In this document: one piece after another, positions 13,581 to 25,805 of the stretch | Numbering within the stretch: position 1 is the first letter of the stretch | How the letters are laid out: the number at the start of each line of letters is the position of its first letter | NCBI RefSeq assembly: GCF_006345805.1 | Contig: NC_043013.1 | Span: forward strand, 15,748,001-15,812,000 | Direction: 5' to 3' | DNA from: Octopus sinensis | Taxonomy: Eukaryota | DNA: 64,000 bases | Notes under the pieces: model-generated | The model's input: only the letters and a program-made list of their open reading frames with translations | Told to the model about the DNA's origin: nothing | Database searches by the model: none | Program-made: the position numbers and the translations under genes

Positions 13581-14508
13581 GTGATTCATAAATAGGTCTG
13601 CTGAAGAAATCATTCATATGGAAATAAGGATCATTACCTCAAAAGTACATCAAGCACCATTTTTACAACACTTACAGCTGTTTCAAATTCTACATAAAAG
13701 TAAATTGTTACAACTATAATAATAATGACACTGATTCAGGAAGTACACTAAATTTTATTCACATCTCTTTTGTCATTATCATGAAAATACTTATTAACAT
13801 TTTTATTTACTGTGGCTCTTTCCATTTAAAAGAGAGCAATTAAGTTTTTAACTAGTTGTGAAGTTAGTTTTAATATTTACCATCACAATGTTCCACACTC
13901 TTCCCACCACCCTCTTTTCTTATTCTTTTCCTATCTACTGTATTACTGTTCTTATTCTGCTCTTCCCTCTCAACCTATCCAATCATTGGTCTCACCTCAT
14001 TCATCTTCTCTCTTCTACTTAAGTAGCCATGTATCTTATTTATTGCAAGGCGTCTATTTCTCTCCTGTTGCTCATACTCATCTGGCACAAAGCTACCTTC
14101 CTCAATACTACAACCTCCCTCTGTTGAGGTGTCTTGTAAATTAGTTCGTGACCCCACTGGTGCTGCTGCCATGTAAAAAGCACTCAGTCCATGCAAAGTA
14201 ATTGGTGTTAGGAAGGGTACCAGACTTGCCAGCAAGGAAAATGGACATTAAATGATATATATATATTGAGGGCATTACTATACATAAATGCCACACGCTA
14301 GGGGGGACTCTTAAAGTCAAAACTACCAAAATAAATAAACAACATAGTACCAAATACGAGGGAATGCAACTCTCGAAGCGAGCCCTTTAAAAACAGAATT
14401 CAGTTGCATATCATATGATTTCATAATTAGTGCACATATGCACTGTGTAATCTTCAGTGCAAGCATAATTCAAGATTTATAAAAAATGAACAAAAATCAA
14501 CATAATAT

Positions 14509-14564
<56 letters not shown>

Positions 14565-15361
14565 CTATATATAAAATTTTTTTGCAGAATGAGATAAAAA
14601 AACCAAGGCTGTGAAGATTTTAGAACATTTATAAATAGGTCTTACAGCTGTTTCCAGGATATTTATTATATCTCTTCATCGGAGATGGTGTGAGAGAATG
14701 GTTAAGCAATAGTTAATTTAGATAAGATACGAAATAGAGAGTGAAGTGGAGGAATGAAAATAGATGTGAGACATGTAGGGATATTGCATTTGTAGATCCA
14801 TTATTTTGGCAAACTCTATATTTGGAATGACCAATTTTAAATACAATTGGAATTTACTCACAAGGTATTGGAATCTTATATGTATACCATTCTGCCTATT
14901 ACTCCATGTGATTTTCACATTATTCAGATAAAACTAAAGTAATTTTTATCAATTTCTCATTAACTTTTAACAGAAACATATAAATTATATTTTAATATTC
15001 TCAACACTTAGAACAAACAGTTGAATCTGAAATATTTATGCCAAACTGCTTAAATAATCATCCTGTTCTTGGTCTTCAAAGACATTACTCATTAATTGAA
15101 ATATCTTTAAATTCAAAATGAAAATATTTAAATATAGGTTTCAAATTTTGGCACAAGGCCAGCAAGTTCAGGGAAGGAGAGGTAAGTCAATTACACTGAC
15201 TCCAGTCCTCAACTGGTACTTATTTCATTGACCCCAAAACGATAAAGGGTAAAGTTGACCTTGGTGGAATTTGAACTCAGAATGTAAAGATGGACACAAT
15301 GCTGCTAAGTATTCTGCCCAGTGTGCAAATGGTTCTACCAGTTCAGTCTTATATTTAAATA

Positions 15362-15817
15362 CGAGCAAAACGTCCCCCGTCCAATGGACGGTGCTGAGTT
15401 GTCAAACATTTAAACTAAATTTTCTCAAAATAACTTGTCCAATCATCCCATAGGCCTCCCCTTTGAGAAACACTGATTTAACCTAAATTTGAAACACCAA
15501 CAAAAGAAGAAATAAAGATAGACTTTTTTCTATTCCAAAGAAAAATGATTTTATTCACACAAATATGCAACCGAAGAGTTTAAAGTACCAATAAGTACAT
15601 CGCAACAGCTGATGTACTTGCGCGTACAAATGCATGTTTCCACAGCTTTATCGATCGCATTCTCACCTGGAATCAACTTTTGTAATTTTTTCAAGACTTA
15701 TACACGCCCCGATACCTTTGGTATCTACAAATCAAATTTGAGCGCAATCGGATGGGGGATGCCCAAAATCCTAGAAGACACACATACAGACAGAGAGAAC
15801 GGATTTTATATAATAGA
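15362..15817 (-). mobile_element. Non-autonomous Helitron, about 456 bp
   Basis: 5' A|TCTATTATATAAAATCC at 15817; 3' hairpin CCGTCC-ATT-GGACGG (15377-15391) then CTCG|T (CTAG variant); inserted between A and T, no TSD. Confidence 0.7.
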
Positions 15818-18469
15818 TTATTGTAAAGTGTCTGTAAATTGGAGATCCTGTTTAACCACAAAACATTTTCAACTTATTAACAGTTCAATAAACTACTATT
15901 TCAACCACAAGCATTTACCAAAGGTTAAAATTAAACTGGTACATTGTAACTGACATCAGAGTACATCATCTTGAAAAAGAAAATACTGCTGTTGTTGCCA
16001 GAAGTTGTTTGGCTTCTTCAAGTTTCGTGAAGATCTTTGTCACTTTGGCATTCAATAGTTTAGTCAGTATGGAAGTTCAGCAGAGATGATGTAGAGAAGG
16101 TCAGTGCTTGCATGAAGAAATTGAGGCTTAATATAAGAACAGTCTTTACAAGACTGCATATATCAAATCACAATTTTTTCCACCCAAGTTACTTCTTTAC
16201 ATCAAATTGTTAACAAAATATGTGCTATTCCAACCACTATATAAACCTTCACTGGGCCAAAGGAATCATGTACATTTTGATTATTGTTAATGAGTAACTT
16301 AAGATTTACATTTGCATGCCAATGTCTAGGTATCAGTGCTAATACAGTAATTAAATTATTGATTCAATTATTTCTAAAAATGAGAAATCCAGCTTGCAAA
16401 CAATGTCACTAACAATCTCAATTTTTTTTATTTCAAACCTGGGAATAAATTGTGGTAACATTATTTCATACAATTCAAAGGGGAATGACCAATGCAAGCC
16501 ACATAATGTCAGGGAGGCTACAGTTCTGAAGACAATCTCATAGTAGTGGGATGCAGAGATTACGGCGGTGAGATGGAAAGATTAGAGTGGTGGAGATATA
16601 GAGATTATTATAGCAGAATGTAGAGATTACAGCAGCAGATTATTAGAGATTACAGTGTGATAGAATGCAGCAAACCATTGTCCTTTGACCCATCAGAGGG
16701 AGCTGCAATGACATGCAGATGGAAAACAATGATGATGATGATAATGTAAATATTATGGCAGTAGCATGTAACCACTTCATTAATAGCTTGATCTACATTG
16801 ATGATCAACATCATCAGCATTTAACATCCATGTTCCATGCCAACATGGGGAAAACAATTTAACAAGATCCAGTAGACCAAAGGACTGCATTGTGCTCCAG
16901 TGTCTGCTTTGGCAAATTTTCTGTGGCTGGATGCCCTTCCTAATGCCAAGTACTCTACAGTGTGTACTGGGTGCTTTTTTCATGTCACTTGCACTAGTGA
17001 AGTAGCCATGCAGCTTGCGAAATTAAGAATATCAAGGGAGAAGGGAGACCTTTATGACAGGAGAAAAAAAGAGTAGAGAGAGAGGTAAAGTTTGAGAGAG
17101 TTAGGTTGGAGCAGGACAGGTTTCTTGTTGAAGAGAAGCTACAGGACCACTCACATTTTGGAGGAGAGGGTAGGAGCGATTGGGTGGAGCTGGAAAGTGA
17201 TAAAAAGAGGTGATGGGGTGTCAGGGTGAACCTTCAAAGTATGAGGTAAGTAGGAATGAATGGGGTAGAGGTGCAAGGTGTAGGGGATGTCTGATAGTGC
17301 AGAGCAGCAGAATAGAAATGATATTGTAAACAGGAGGATGAAAGTGAGAGTGGTGGGAGAAGAGAGAATTTGGTATTAAAGGGAAGGTACCATGAGTTTA
17401 TAAAATGTTAAAGATCCATTTCCTTACATACAAAACAAAAAATACCTGTAAAAACTAATAACAGTTAAATGTTTTATCACATTTAGCCTTTTACAAGAAT
17501 CTCAACTTCAATAGTTATGAGACTATTTATTATTTGCATAAAACAATGATATAAGCATTCACCCAAGATTTTTGCTAACATTCATAATTAATGCTTCCTT
17601 TTAACAAGCAGGGGCAAATATAAATGCATTGTGGAGAGGTGCACTTCCAAACCATATAGCTTTAGTTCTACTGTGTGGCACCTAAAGGTATCATCTACTA
17701 TAGCCCCAGCCCAACCAAAGACTTGCAAGTGGATTTGGTTGATGGAAACTGAAAAAAAAGCCAATAGTGTGTGTGTGTGTATGCATACATGATATTTGTA
17801 TCTTTATATCTGCTGATTGCTTACATAAAAATCACATTTGTAGTGTTCTAGTTGTCATTTCTCTTGTCAATAAATCACACACTTGCTCTGTGCCTTTGAA
17901 GCCACATGGAATAAGAGATCTCTCACTTAAAAAACAGGTAAGGGTTAAGTTCATGAAAGACATCTGACCGTAAAACATATGCCTCAATAACATATTCATC
18001 TAACCCATGCCAGGATGGAAAAACAGACAGAAAAACAAATGAGCTTATATCAAGAGGAATAAATGTAAGAGCTACAATAGTTGTGTAAAGAAGATGTTCA
18101 TCACAGTATTTGTTTAAATAGTTTCAAGTTATGCGACATACCTTACAGAAAAGACAACTAAACAGTGAAGGTGGACAGATATAACAAGCAGAGAAATACT
18201 ATTAGTGGTGTAATAAACAAGACTCTAACATTAACTTGATCGTTTACAATATTGATATCACCTTCAATATTCTCTTACAAGAAAGAAAGAATGAATGTAG
18301 CAATTTAACAACATTATATTTCAGCAAGTGAAAGAACCTGCTGTAATGTGAATTGAGGATAAATCAATGCTAAATCCATAAAATTATACAAATGGAAGTA
18401 ATTCTGTATTTAGTTTTTCAACCTGACCAATATTCATATTTTCTCACACCTATCCCTCTATAAAGCCAT

Positions 18470-18900
18470 GATGTCAACTTCAAGTGGAATTCTTGCACAA
18501 ATGAAAGCAACAGAGAGCAAAACATTCGCAGTTTTATGTCACATGAAAAAATACTAAAAATATTTCAACAGATCACATCTGGAGATCAGACACTTGGCTG
18601 ATCAGTATTCCATTACTGATGGACGCACTTCAGCTTCTGGTCCACAAGTGTGCTACCCCATCTCCCTGTCTTTTCTATTGCTATTATAATGGCTTCAGCT
18701 CTTTAGAGCTGATTGGTCTCATGCCTTCACTACTCAGACAACCCCAACTCACTTATCTTTCCATCTCGTCACTTTTGTTTTGTCCAACCTCACTTTTCCA
18801 TTATGCCCAGCTCTTTTTTACCAGAGCATTTTCCCTAATCATGTCTTTCCTGCAGGTACTGCAACAACTTAACTAGAATATTAATAGCATCAATCTCACA
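18470..18900 (-). mobile_element. Probable LINE apurinic endonuclease fragment
   Basis: Degenerate EVRW...RW and SQVSD motifs; GC-richer block. Confidence 0.4.
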
Positions 18901-19488
18901 GGTTTTGGAGGACCTGCAGTCATGGACTCTGTTTCTCCTTTGTCCTGACTCAGCAAGTGAAAGAAAAACACAAGAGATGTGAATAAAGATATTGTCTTAT
19001 CTAAAGTAATGGTTAAACTTGTTTTAATGTAGTAGGCATCAAACGGTTAACTTGAGAAATTATGTTGTGATGGGAAGGGACTAAAAGCAGAAAGTAGTTG
19101 ATTAACATTATTCTAGTCTATCAGCAAATACAACAGAGAAATTTGGACCCATTTTAGACATTATCAAACATCTCCGGTCAGACATAGTCAATGTAGGGAT
19201 GAGACAGTCTCTGGATTAATGTACAAGAGGTGTAGACAAGTAGACATATTCTCTGCTATCCACGTGGAAAAGCAATGTTCAAACATATTTAATGCAAAAG
19301 CATATCTGAAGGTACATCATTTTGAACTCATCTGTTTTTACTCAGATCCATAATTTACACAACAGTCAACAACGAATTCAACACAAGAAAGTATTACTGA
19401 TTTACTCATTAAAGTATCTAAATATTATCATTAGTTTAAGCTAATTATTTACGTATGATGGATATTTGTCCTCATCTTGTTTGTTGTT

Positions 19489-19534
19489 AACACAACGTTT
19501 TGGCTGATATACCCTCCAGCCTTCATCAGGTGTC
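19489..19534 (-). ncRNA. Minimal type I hammerhead ribozyme core of the Penelope pLTR, probably inactivated (GAAA>AAAA)
   Basis: gacac-CTGATGA-a-ggctg...cagcc-[A]AAACGTT-gtgtt; stem II ggctg/cagcc, palindromic ACGT stem III, stem I gacac/gtgtt; the inverted copy at 20152 retains GAAA. Confidence 0.6.
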
Positions 19535-19635
19535 TTAAGGAAATTTCGAACCTGGGTTCTCATTCCTGAGGTATTTTTCGACAAAAAAGGTATTTTCAAT
19601 GTTGATGTTGTTGTTATTATTATTATTATTATTCA

Positions 19636-19707
19636 GGTCACTGCCTGGAATTGAATTCGGAATCTTGGGGTTCGTAGCCCATGCTCTTAACCACTACGTC
19701 ATATGCC
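19636..19707 (-). other. tRNA-derived segment (Pol III A/B-box-like) inside the Penelope 3' region; not a functional tRNA
   Basis: GGCATATGACGTAGTGGTTAAGAGC...CTACGAA...CCGAATTCAATTCCAGGCAGTGACC; stems imperfect. Confidence 0.6.
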
Positions 19708-20792
19708 TGTGGGCAATTATGGAGTGAATTTTAGGGCTTATAAATCTAATATTCTCCTATCCTACCTGATTACTGGTTTCCATATGCTATTCATATCTGC
19801 ACTCGGTCTGCTTAGGAGGTTGTTGTGTCCTAGCATATGTGCTGCTTCTTTTAGTTTTCGTATTTTCCAGTGGTGGTCTCTGTCTATTATTTTAACTTCA
19901 TCCCACAGGGGAAGGTGGTCTCCATTTTTCCATACATGATCCGCTATACCCGATTTATCAATATCTCCCCGTTTCACAGCTTTGCGATGTTCTACCCTTA
20001 TTTTGAGGGGGTGGCATGTTTCACCTTTGTATAACCTACCATAGCTGCATGGCATGGAGTACATGCAGTTCTTGGTCACATAGTCTTCTATTGGTGGTTT
20101 TACTCAAAGGAGATATTTGTAAAGTGTTGTATTGCTGGAGGGTATATCAGCCGAAATGTTGTGTTAACAACAAACAAGATGAGGACAAATATCAGTCATA
20201 TGTAAATAATGTACATAGTTCCACATCTCTTAAATATAGAACTGTTTTAAGCTAATTGTTGTTGATTTACCAAGTTAACAATAGTTGACCAGATCAAAAA
20301 TGAAAGGCATTCCAGTCATGACCATTAGGAATATCTTCAATTTCATCATTAGTGTCCTTCCCTTTAAAAAAAGTGGTATGGTGAGATTTGAGAGAAATTT
20401 AACTGCTATGTCAAACAAGTCGAGTGACAACATACTGACACAACTTTCTAGTCCTCTTATATTGTAACTATTTGAAAAAATATATTTTATTAAGGTATGA
20501 TCAGAAAATAATATTCAAACTGCTTCAGTGGAGATAGTTCATGAAGAATACGAAGTTAAAAAGCAAAGTTTCAGACATGGAGAAGGCAAAAGTTAAATCA
20601 CTACATATTCTTTGAAATACAGTAATGATGGAATTTTAAATTATCATCTATTGGTGCAAATATATATATAAAGACAGATGCATAATGGAAACAATCTTGA
20701 GGAGGCAGTGGTAATGTGGCTTATCCATTAAATATCCTGCTTTAATATCCTGTCGGTGTAGAAATTTCAAAATGAAGCTAGCTAGACACATA

Positions 20793-21616
20793 CAAGGTGG
20801 TATCAAAAGGTTCCTGGGCTAGTTATGTTTAATAAAAAAAATAACTTATTTACCTAAGTTTTAACATCATCTCCTTCGAAATAGTCATTTTATGCAGCAC
20901 AGCTGCCACTTTTGGAATCCAACCTGTAAGTTGTTTTTCGTAAGCAAATTGTGGACCTTCTGTGATTCGCTCTGGATCTCGACAATGGTTTTAAAATGGC
21001 AACCTTTTGAGCTGCTAAATCTGGTTTATAGGGCAGGTACAGAAGCAATACCCTGTTTATTGGGTGAGAAATTCATGAGTGAGGAGAACTTGGTTATCAT
21101 AAAGAATTTAATTCTTCATGTTCCACAGATTTGGTCACTTTTTCTGAGTGTCCTTCCTCAAACACTTCAAAATGTTGCAGTAAAATTCTCAATTGAGGAT
21201 CTGGCCCTGGAGGACAAATTCTTGATGCATAACACCACATTTCTGGGGGTAACACTTCTGGCAGGTCTTCCAGATCACTCATCGTCTCCCAGGGACGTTC
21301 TTCCGCTTTTGAAGTGCCTGTGCCACTCGAAACATTGCCTCATCACTGTAAGCTTGCTGAAACATGCTCAATGTCTCTGTAGCAGACTTTCCAACATTAA
21401 TGCAAAATTTCACATTGGCTATTTGTTCCTGTCCATGACAAAATCAATAACTACAGCACACACTTGATCACAAAAACACAAATTTCACAACTTGTGAAGT
21501 AAACTCAGTAATGTTACTCAGCACACTACTTTGTGAAGGTCACTGCACTTGCAACCGTGTGCTGCCATCTGTTGGCATGCTACAGAACTAGTCCAAGAAC
21601 TTTTAATAACACCTCA
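20793..21616 (-). mobile_element. Internally deleted mariner element with HTH remnant
   Basis: TA-flanked imperfect TIRs caaggtggtatcaaaaggttcctgggctagtt / tgaggtgttattaaaagttcttggactagtt; disrupted N-terminus resembling ANVKFC..GKSATETLSM.QQAY...FEWHRHFKSGRTSL. Confidence 0.85.
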
Positions 21617-22384
21617 TATGTCAAGATTTTTCAAGCCAATTTCACCACAGAAAACTCATCACAGAATGGGTGGTTAACCCAACATTATCCATGATAAAGC
21701 ATCCATTGCAACAAGAAAAGTGAACCAGTCAGGTTAAAGATCAGAACATTCAGGAGTTTTGAAAGACATAATGCACCAACTACCACTGCAGCATTACAAT
21801 TCCAAGAAGTTATGGTTGAACATCTTTAATGGCTGTTTTTTTCCTGTTTCATTCCTCAGTGCATCAAATGAACGAAAAATACTTAAACTTCTGCTAATTA
21901 GGTGAAGGTACTACTAATTTGAAATAATACACCTGTTTATTCGGGTAGTCACCAATTTGTCAGAAAAAATAGTAAAATATAGTTTTATGTCTATGATTCA
22001 GTCAATGGACCAATGTATGATCATAACCAAGAAAGATACTGAGACAAAGGCTTCAAGAACTACAACCTTGCATCCACAATATACAATTTGCACCAGTCTC
22101 ATGGAAGGTACTGGTGTCTCTGGCCAGTGCTTGGAAAAACACATAATGTATAGATAAAATGTGATCTTGAAGGATGTGTGCATGTATGTATGTGTGTGTG
22201 TGTGTGTGTGTGTCCTTTTGTGTCTGCAGAGAGTCATTTTCTTTTTGTGCCTTATAATTTAACACTTATAAGGTACAAAAAGAAAATGATTCTCCCAAGA
22301 CAATAGAATATGCTTCAACACACAAACTCACATAAAGAATCTTGCAAACCAAATCCCAAAATGAAATATATATATATATATATA

Positions 22385-22800
22385 TTTAATGTCCATTATC
22401 CATGCTGGTATGGGTTGAGTGGTTTGACTGAGCGGGCATGCTGGAAGGCTGCACCAGGCTCCAGTCTGATTTGGCATGGTTTTCTATGGCTGGATACCTT
22501 TCCTAATGCCAACCACTCAGAGTGTAACGGGTGCTTTTATGTGCCACCGGCATGGGTGCCATTTGCATGATACCAGTTTCTGCCACGACTGATTTTGCTC
22601 AGTTTGATGGGTCTTCTTCTCAAGCACGACATAATGCCAAAGGTCTTGCTCAGTGCCTCCATAAGGCCCAACACTTGAAAAGAGCTTGGCCATTTTGTCT
22701 CTATGAGGTCCAACACTCGAAAGGAACTCATCCACTTTGTCTCTGTCAGGCCCAATGCTTGAAAGGAACTCAGTCACTATGCCTCCATAGAGGCCCAATG
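22385..22800 (-). mobile_element. Family-D SINE plus ~42-bp minisatellite (about 3.5 units, 22652-22800); related SINE copies at about 16790-17010 and 14130-14250
   Basis: Units like cactttgtctctgtcaggcccaatgcttgaaaggaactcagt; explains the repetitive ORFs here. Confidence 0.75.
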
Positions 22801-23456
22801 CTATATATTTCCATCTGCATATGGATACTCAGCTACACCTGAATACAGTTCACCCTCTTAGTTAATTTTAATGTGAATTTACTGTAGTCTTAATTCTGTC
22901 ATTACTTCAAGATCCAACAAGTAATTCTATATTTTTCTGCTCCTTCACATATAATTTACACCAGCAACGTTTTCCAGACTATGTGTCAGACTATTGACCT
23001 ACATGTTCTATTCAAATACTAACTTTATTTACAACTTTGAAATATTTCATACACATATCACAGGTATTTGTAAATCTTGTTCACTAATTCTTGTTGATAA
23101 AGAGTATAACACTTCTGATAATGTATGTAGACAATATTGGGCCTCTTTAGATAAAAGAGGTTTTGTTTTCATTCAGAAATAAAATTCTTGAAACAGTTTC
23201 TAGTCACTTTCATCTTTACAGTACCAGCCATCACCACTACCGTTTAGATTTGTTATCTAAAGTATGAGAAACTCAGCTGATGTCGTTTATATAAAGATAG
23301 GATACTGAATGAAGAGGTAGCAAAACCATATTAGCCTATCAAAAATTATCCCAATGGACTAGCTGTTATCCACTTACATCATCTGTAACCCCCACCACCA
23401 CAAAAAAAAAACAAAAAAATAACCTAATATCCTGTAGAATGAAGCAAAGAATTTAC

Positions 23457-23530
23457 CTGAGAATCACTGACAACTCCATGGCTGATGGTCAACTGTTCTG
23501 ATTTTTTAGGTCCGACAACACCAGACTTGC
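23457..23530 (-). CDS. Coding exon (74 nt, phase 1-0): (G)KSGVVGPKKSEQLTISHGVVSDSQ
   Basis: Strong acceptor ctaatgttcttttctttctttctttag|, donor CAG|gtaaat; joins the 138-nt exon in frame. Confidence 0.75.
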
Positions 23531-25156
23531 CTAAAGAAAGAAAGAAAAGAACATTAGATGATGAAAATAAAGGTTTTAGAAGCTCTGCTAGTAACGTTAG
23601 ATGCCCGATACCATATGGGAAAGCTACCAACATCTGCCTGCTTGAAGGAAGAACCAGAAAGAATTTAATCAAGTGAAGATAAGCTATTTGTCATTATGCT
23701 ATGCTGCTGTAGCCACCCAATGCATATATAAGTAGATAGTTTGGCTCAGAGGTGAATACATAGCCAGACCAAAAAGGTTAGTGAGAGCAGGCAAAATGTT
23801 CAAAAATCCAAAAGCATGCAGTAGATAGATAAGAAAACAATTATTCCCTTGAAACAGAGGCACATTTCAGGAAAATTTATTAAAGATATAGATTACACAA
23901 AAGCTGTTTATTAAAAAGAAACATACTAAATCGTTAGACACATACAATCAAGCATATTTATGTAAATTTAACCTTTTAAATGGTTGATTATATGTTGATA
24001 TACATTTAAAAAGTTAAACAAAACATAAACTTACTTTGTTAATGTTTGTATTAAAAGCAATATTTTTCTCTTTATAAACCATAATTAGGGAAATGTTATT
24101 TAGATAAATCCACCAACTAATTTTAAATTCAAACTAATAAAAAAAAAAAAAAAGAATCAATCTGTATCAAAATTCTTACTGATATAAAGAAAAATCTTTA
24201 GTTTGGCTAAATGATGATGTTAAAATATTTTATTATAGGGAAAGAAAAAAATAAAGCAACATTAAACTATTTCTACAAAGAGATTATGTAAATGAGCTTC
24301 AAATAATATTTCTTCGCAAACTGTATGAGTGAGTGTTATGTATATGCATGTGTAAATGTGGAGCTGTATGTTTATGTTGAGGTAGGTTCCAAAATAAAAA
24401 AAATTATTAGTTAAAAACAGACTGTTTTTATTTTATAGTACATCAGTTACATACAAACATACACACACACATGCATATATGTATGTGCAAGTGCCTTTCT
24501 ATCTAACCATATAAAGTCTACAATGGCAGTTAGAGTTTGGAAAGTTAAATTTATAATATAAGGATAAACAATGACAGGTTTTTAAATACTTATTCCTGGG
24601 GGTTTTTTTCTCTTTTTTTTTCTTTTTAATTAGCCAAAGATTTCCAACTATTTTTGATATTAAGAAAATATTTAAGAAATTCAGTTATGAATGGCTGTCT
24701 ATATAACTATTGCATTTTTCTTTTTAATTTCATTCTAAATATATTTATTTTTTGAATAGGAATTTAATATGACAAGATGTTTTATAATCTGTATAATTAT
24801 CAGAAATCACATAATGAAATAATCTGCTGTGTGGCAATAAATCACTGGTTATCTCTTAGACAGAGAAGGAAAGGGTTTATGAAATAATGCTAAAGTCAAA
24901 ATCCAGTTCTACAGTAAAATTTTATCCACTTTTAAATTGCATAAAATAACATTATAGAAAGTATTTTCTTTCATTTGTTTTCCAAGTCAAGCTCATCTAT
25001 CATGCTTAACAGCAATGAACAATACAACATCAAAAGAGTTTTGTGGAGATAAATAAAGCAAGATGAGGATGCAACAGAACAGCTCTTGTAAGATAAGCTT
25101 GCAGCTGAGATATGACAGTTGTTTAACAAATTACAGCTAATAAGGAAAACACTAAC

Positions 25157-25242
25157 AATATCTCATGTGACGACGACTAATAGGGTTGGCAGAAATTTAG
25201 ATTGAAGTCTTTCAACTTCATTACACTTGATGTAATGAAAAG
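25157..25242 (-). other. Candidate stop-containing or alternative terminal exon; phase 1 (A)FHYIKCNEVERLQSKFLPTLLVVVT*
   Basis: (CT)n microsatellite acts as pyrimidine tract to ctctctcag|; TGA at 25165-25163; donor ATT|gttagt. Confidence 0.3.
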
Positions 25243-25259
25243 CTGAGAGAGAGGGAGAT

Positions 25260-25291
<32 letters not shown>

Positions 25292-25764
25292 GGAGAGACT
25301 ATGTCATTAAAAGGAGGAGGGGAAAAAGAATACAGCTTGCTCAGTATATAGATGAGAAATGAGAATTGCATTCTTCAAGAGAAAAAGAAACTATAAATAT
25401 GAATACTTTCATATGTATTGATTAACATATAAAGTAATGAATGATAAAGTTTTATTTATTTTTTTGTTTTTTTACAAATAAAAAAAATATTCAAAAACAA
25501 ATATCTGCCAGATATGTGGAACAAAGCAGTGCATGTGCAAAACAACAACAAATTTTTTTTAAAATGAAAATATGGAAAAAAAAAAAAAAAAAAGGTCATT
25601 ATCAGTTAGTAAAACTACGAGTAAAGACGTTTAGAAGGATTAACAAATTCATTTATCCAAAGGAATGAATAAAACAGGCAACTGACAAAGGAAAAAAAAA
25701 AAAGAAATGGCAAAGTTAGAAGGTAAAGAGGAAATGATTATAAATAAGCCTGTTGTATATATAC

Positions 25765-25805
25765 CTGAACTGGGAAAGATGCAATGAGACAAGCCGAGAT
25801 TTCGC
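25765..25805 (-). CDS. 41-nt exon; phase 1-0 reads (G)EISACLIASFPVQ, phase 2-1 reads RNLGLSHCIFPSS; frame unresolved
   Basis: Acceptor tttattatttatcag|, donor CAG|gtatat; open in all three frames; GC-rich island. Confidence 0.6.

Larger units (their letters stand above)
19447..20245 (-). mobile_element. 5'-truncated Penelope-like element with GIY-YIG endonuclease remnant and inverted terminal copy
   Basis: ORF 19762-20079 YSMPCSYGRLYKGET...EHRKAV...IADHVW...KLKEAAH; 77-bp inverted repeat 19444-19520/20134-20210; 12-bp direct repeat tttaagctaatt at 19435-19446 and 20246-20257. Confidence 0.9.

Noticed and set aside
15960-16070. Gypsy RT-connection-like peptide (KLEEAKQLLATTAVF)
   Set aside because: Too short and degenerate to support a call
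19636-19707. Functional tRNA gene
   Set aside because: Acceptor and anticodon stems do not pair fully; embedded in a retroelement
20892-21467. 191-aa + strand ORF
   Set aside because: Antisense to the mariner pseudogene
22517-22842. ORFs with repeated peptides, and any CRISPR-like reading of the repeats
   Set aside because: SINE-associated ~42-bp minisatellite with no unique spacers; eukaryotic context
23485-23676. Protein-like + strand ORF (PTTPDLPKERKKRTLDD...)
   Set aside because: Antisense to a well-defined minus-strand exon; its K/R content comes from that exon's pyrimidine tract
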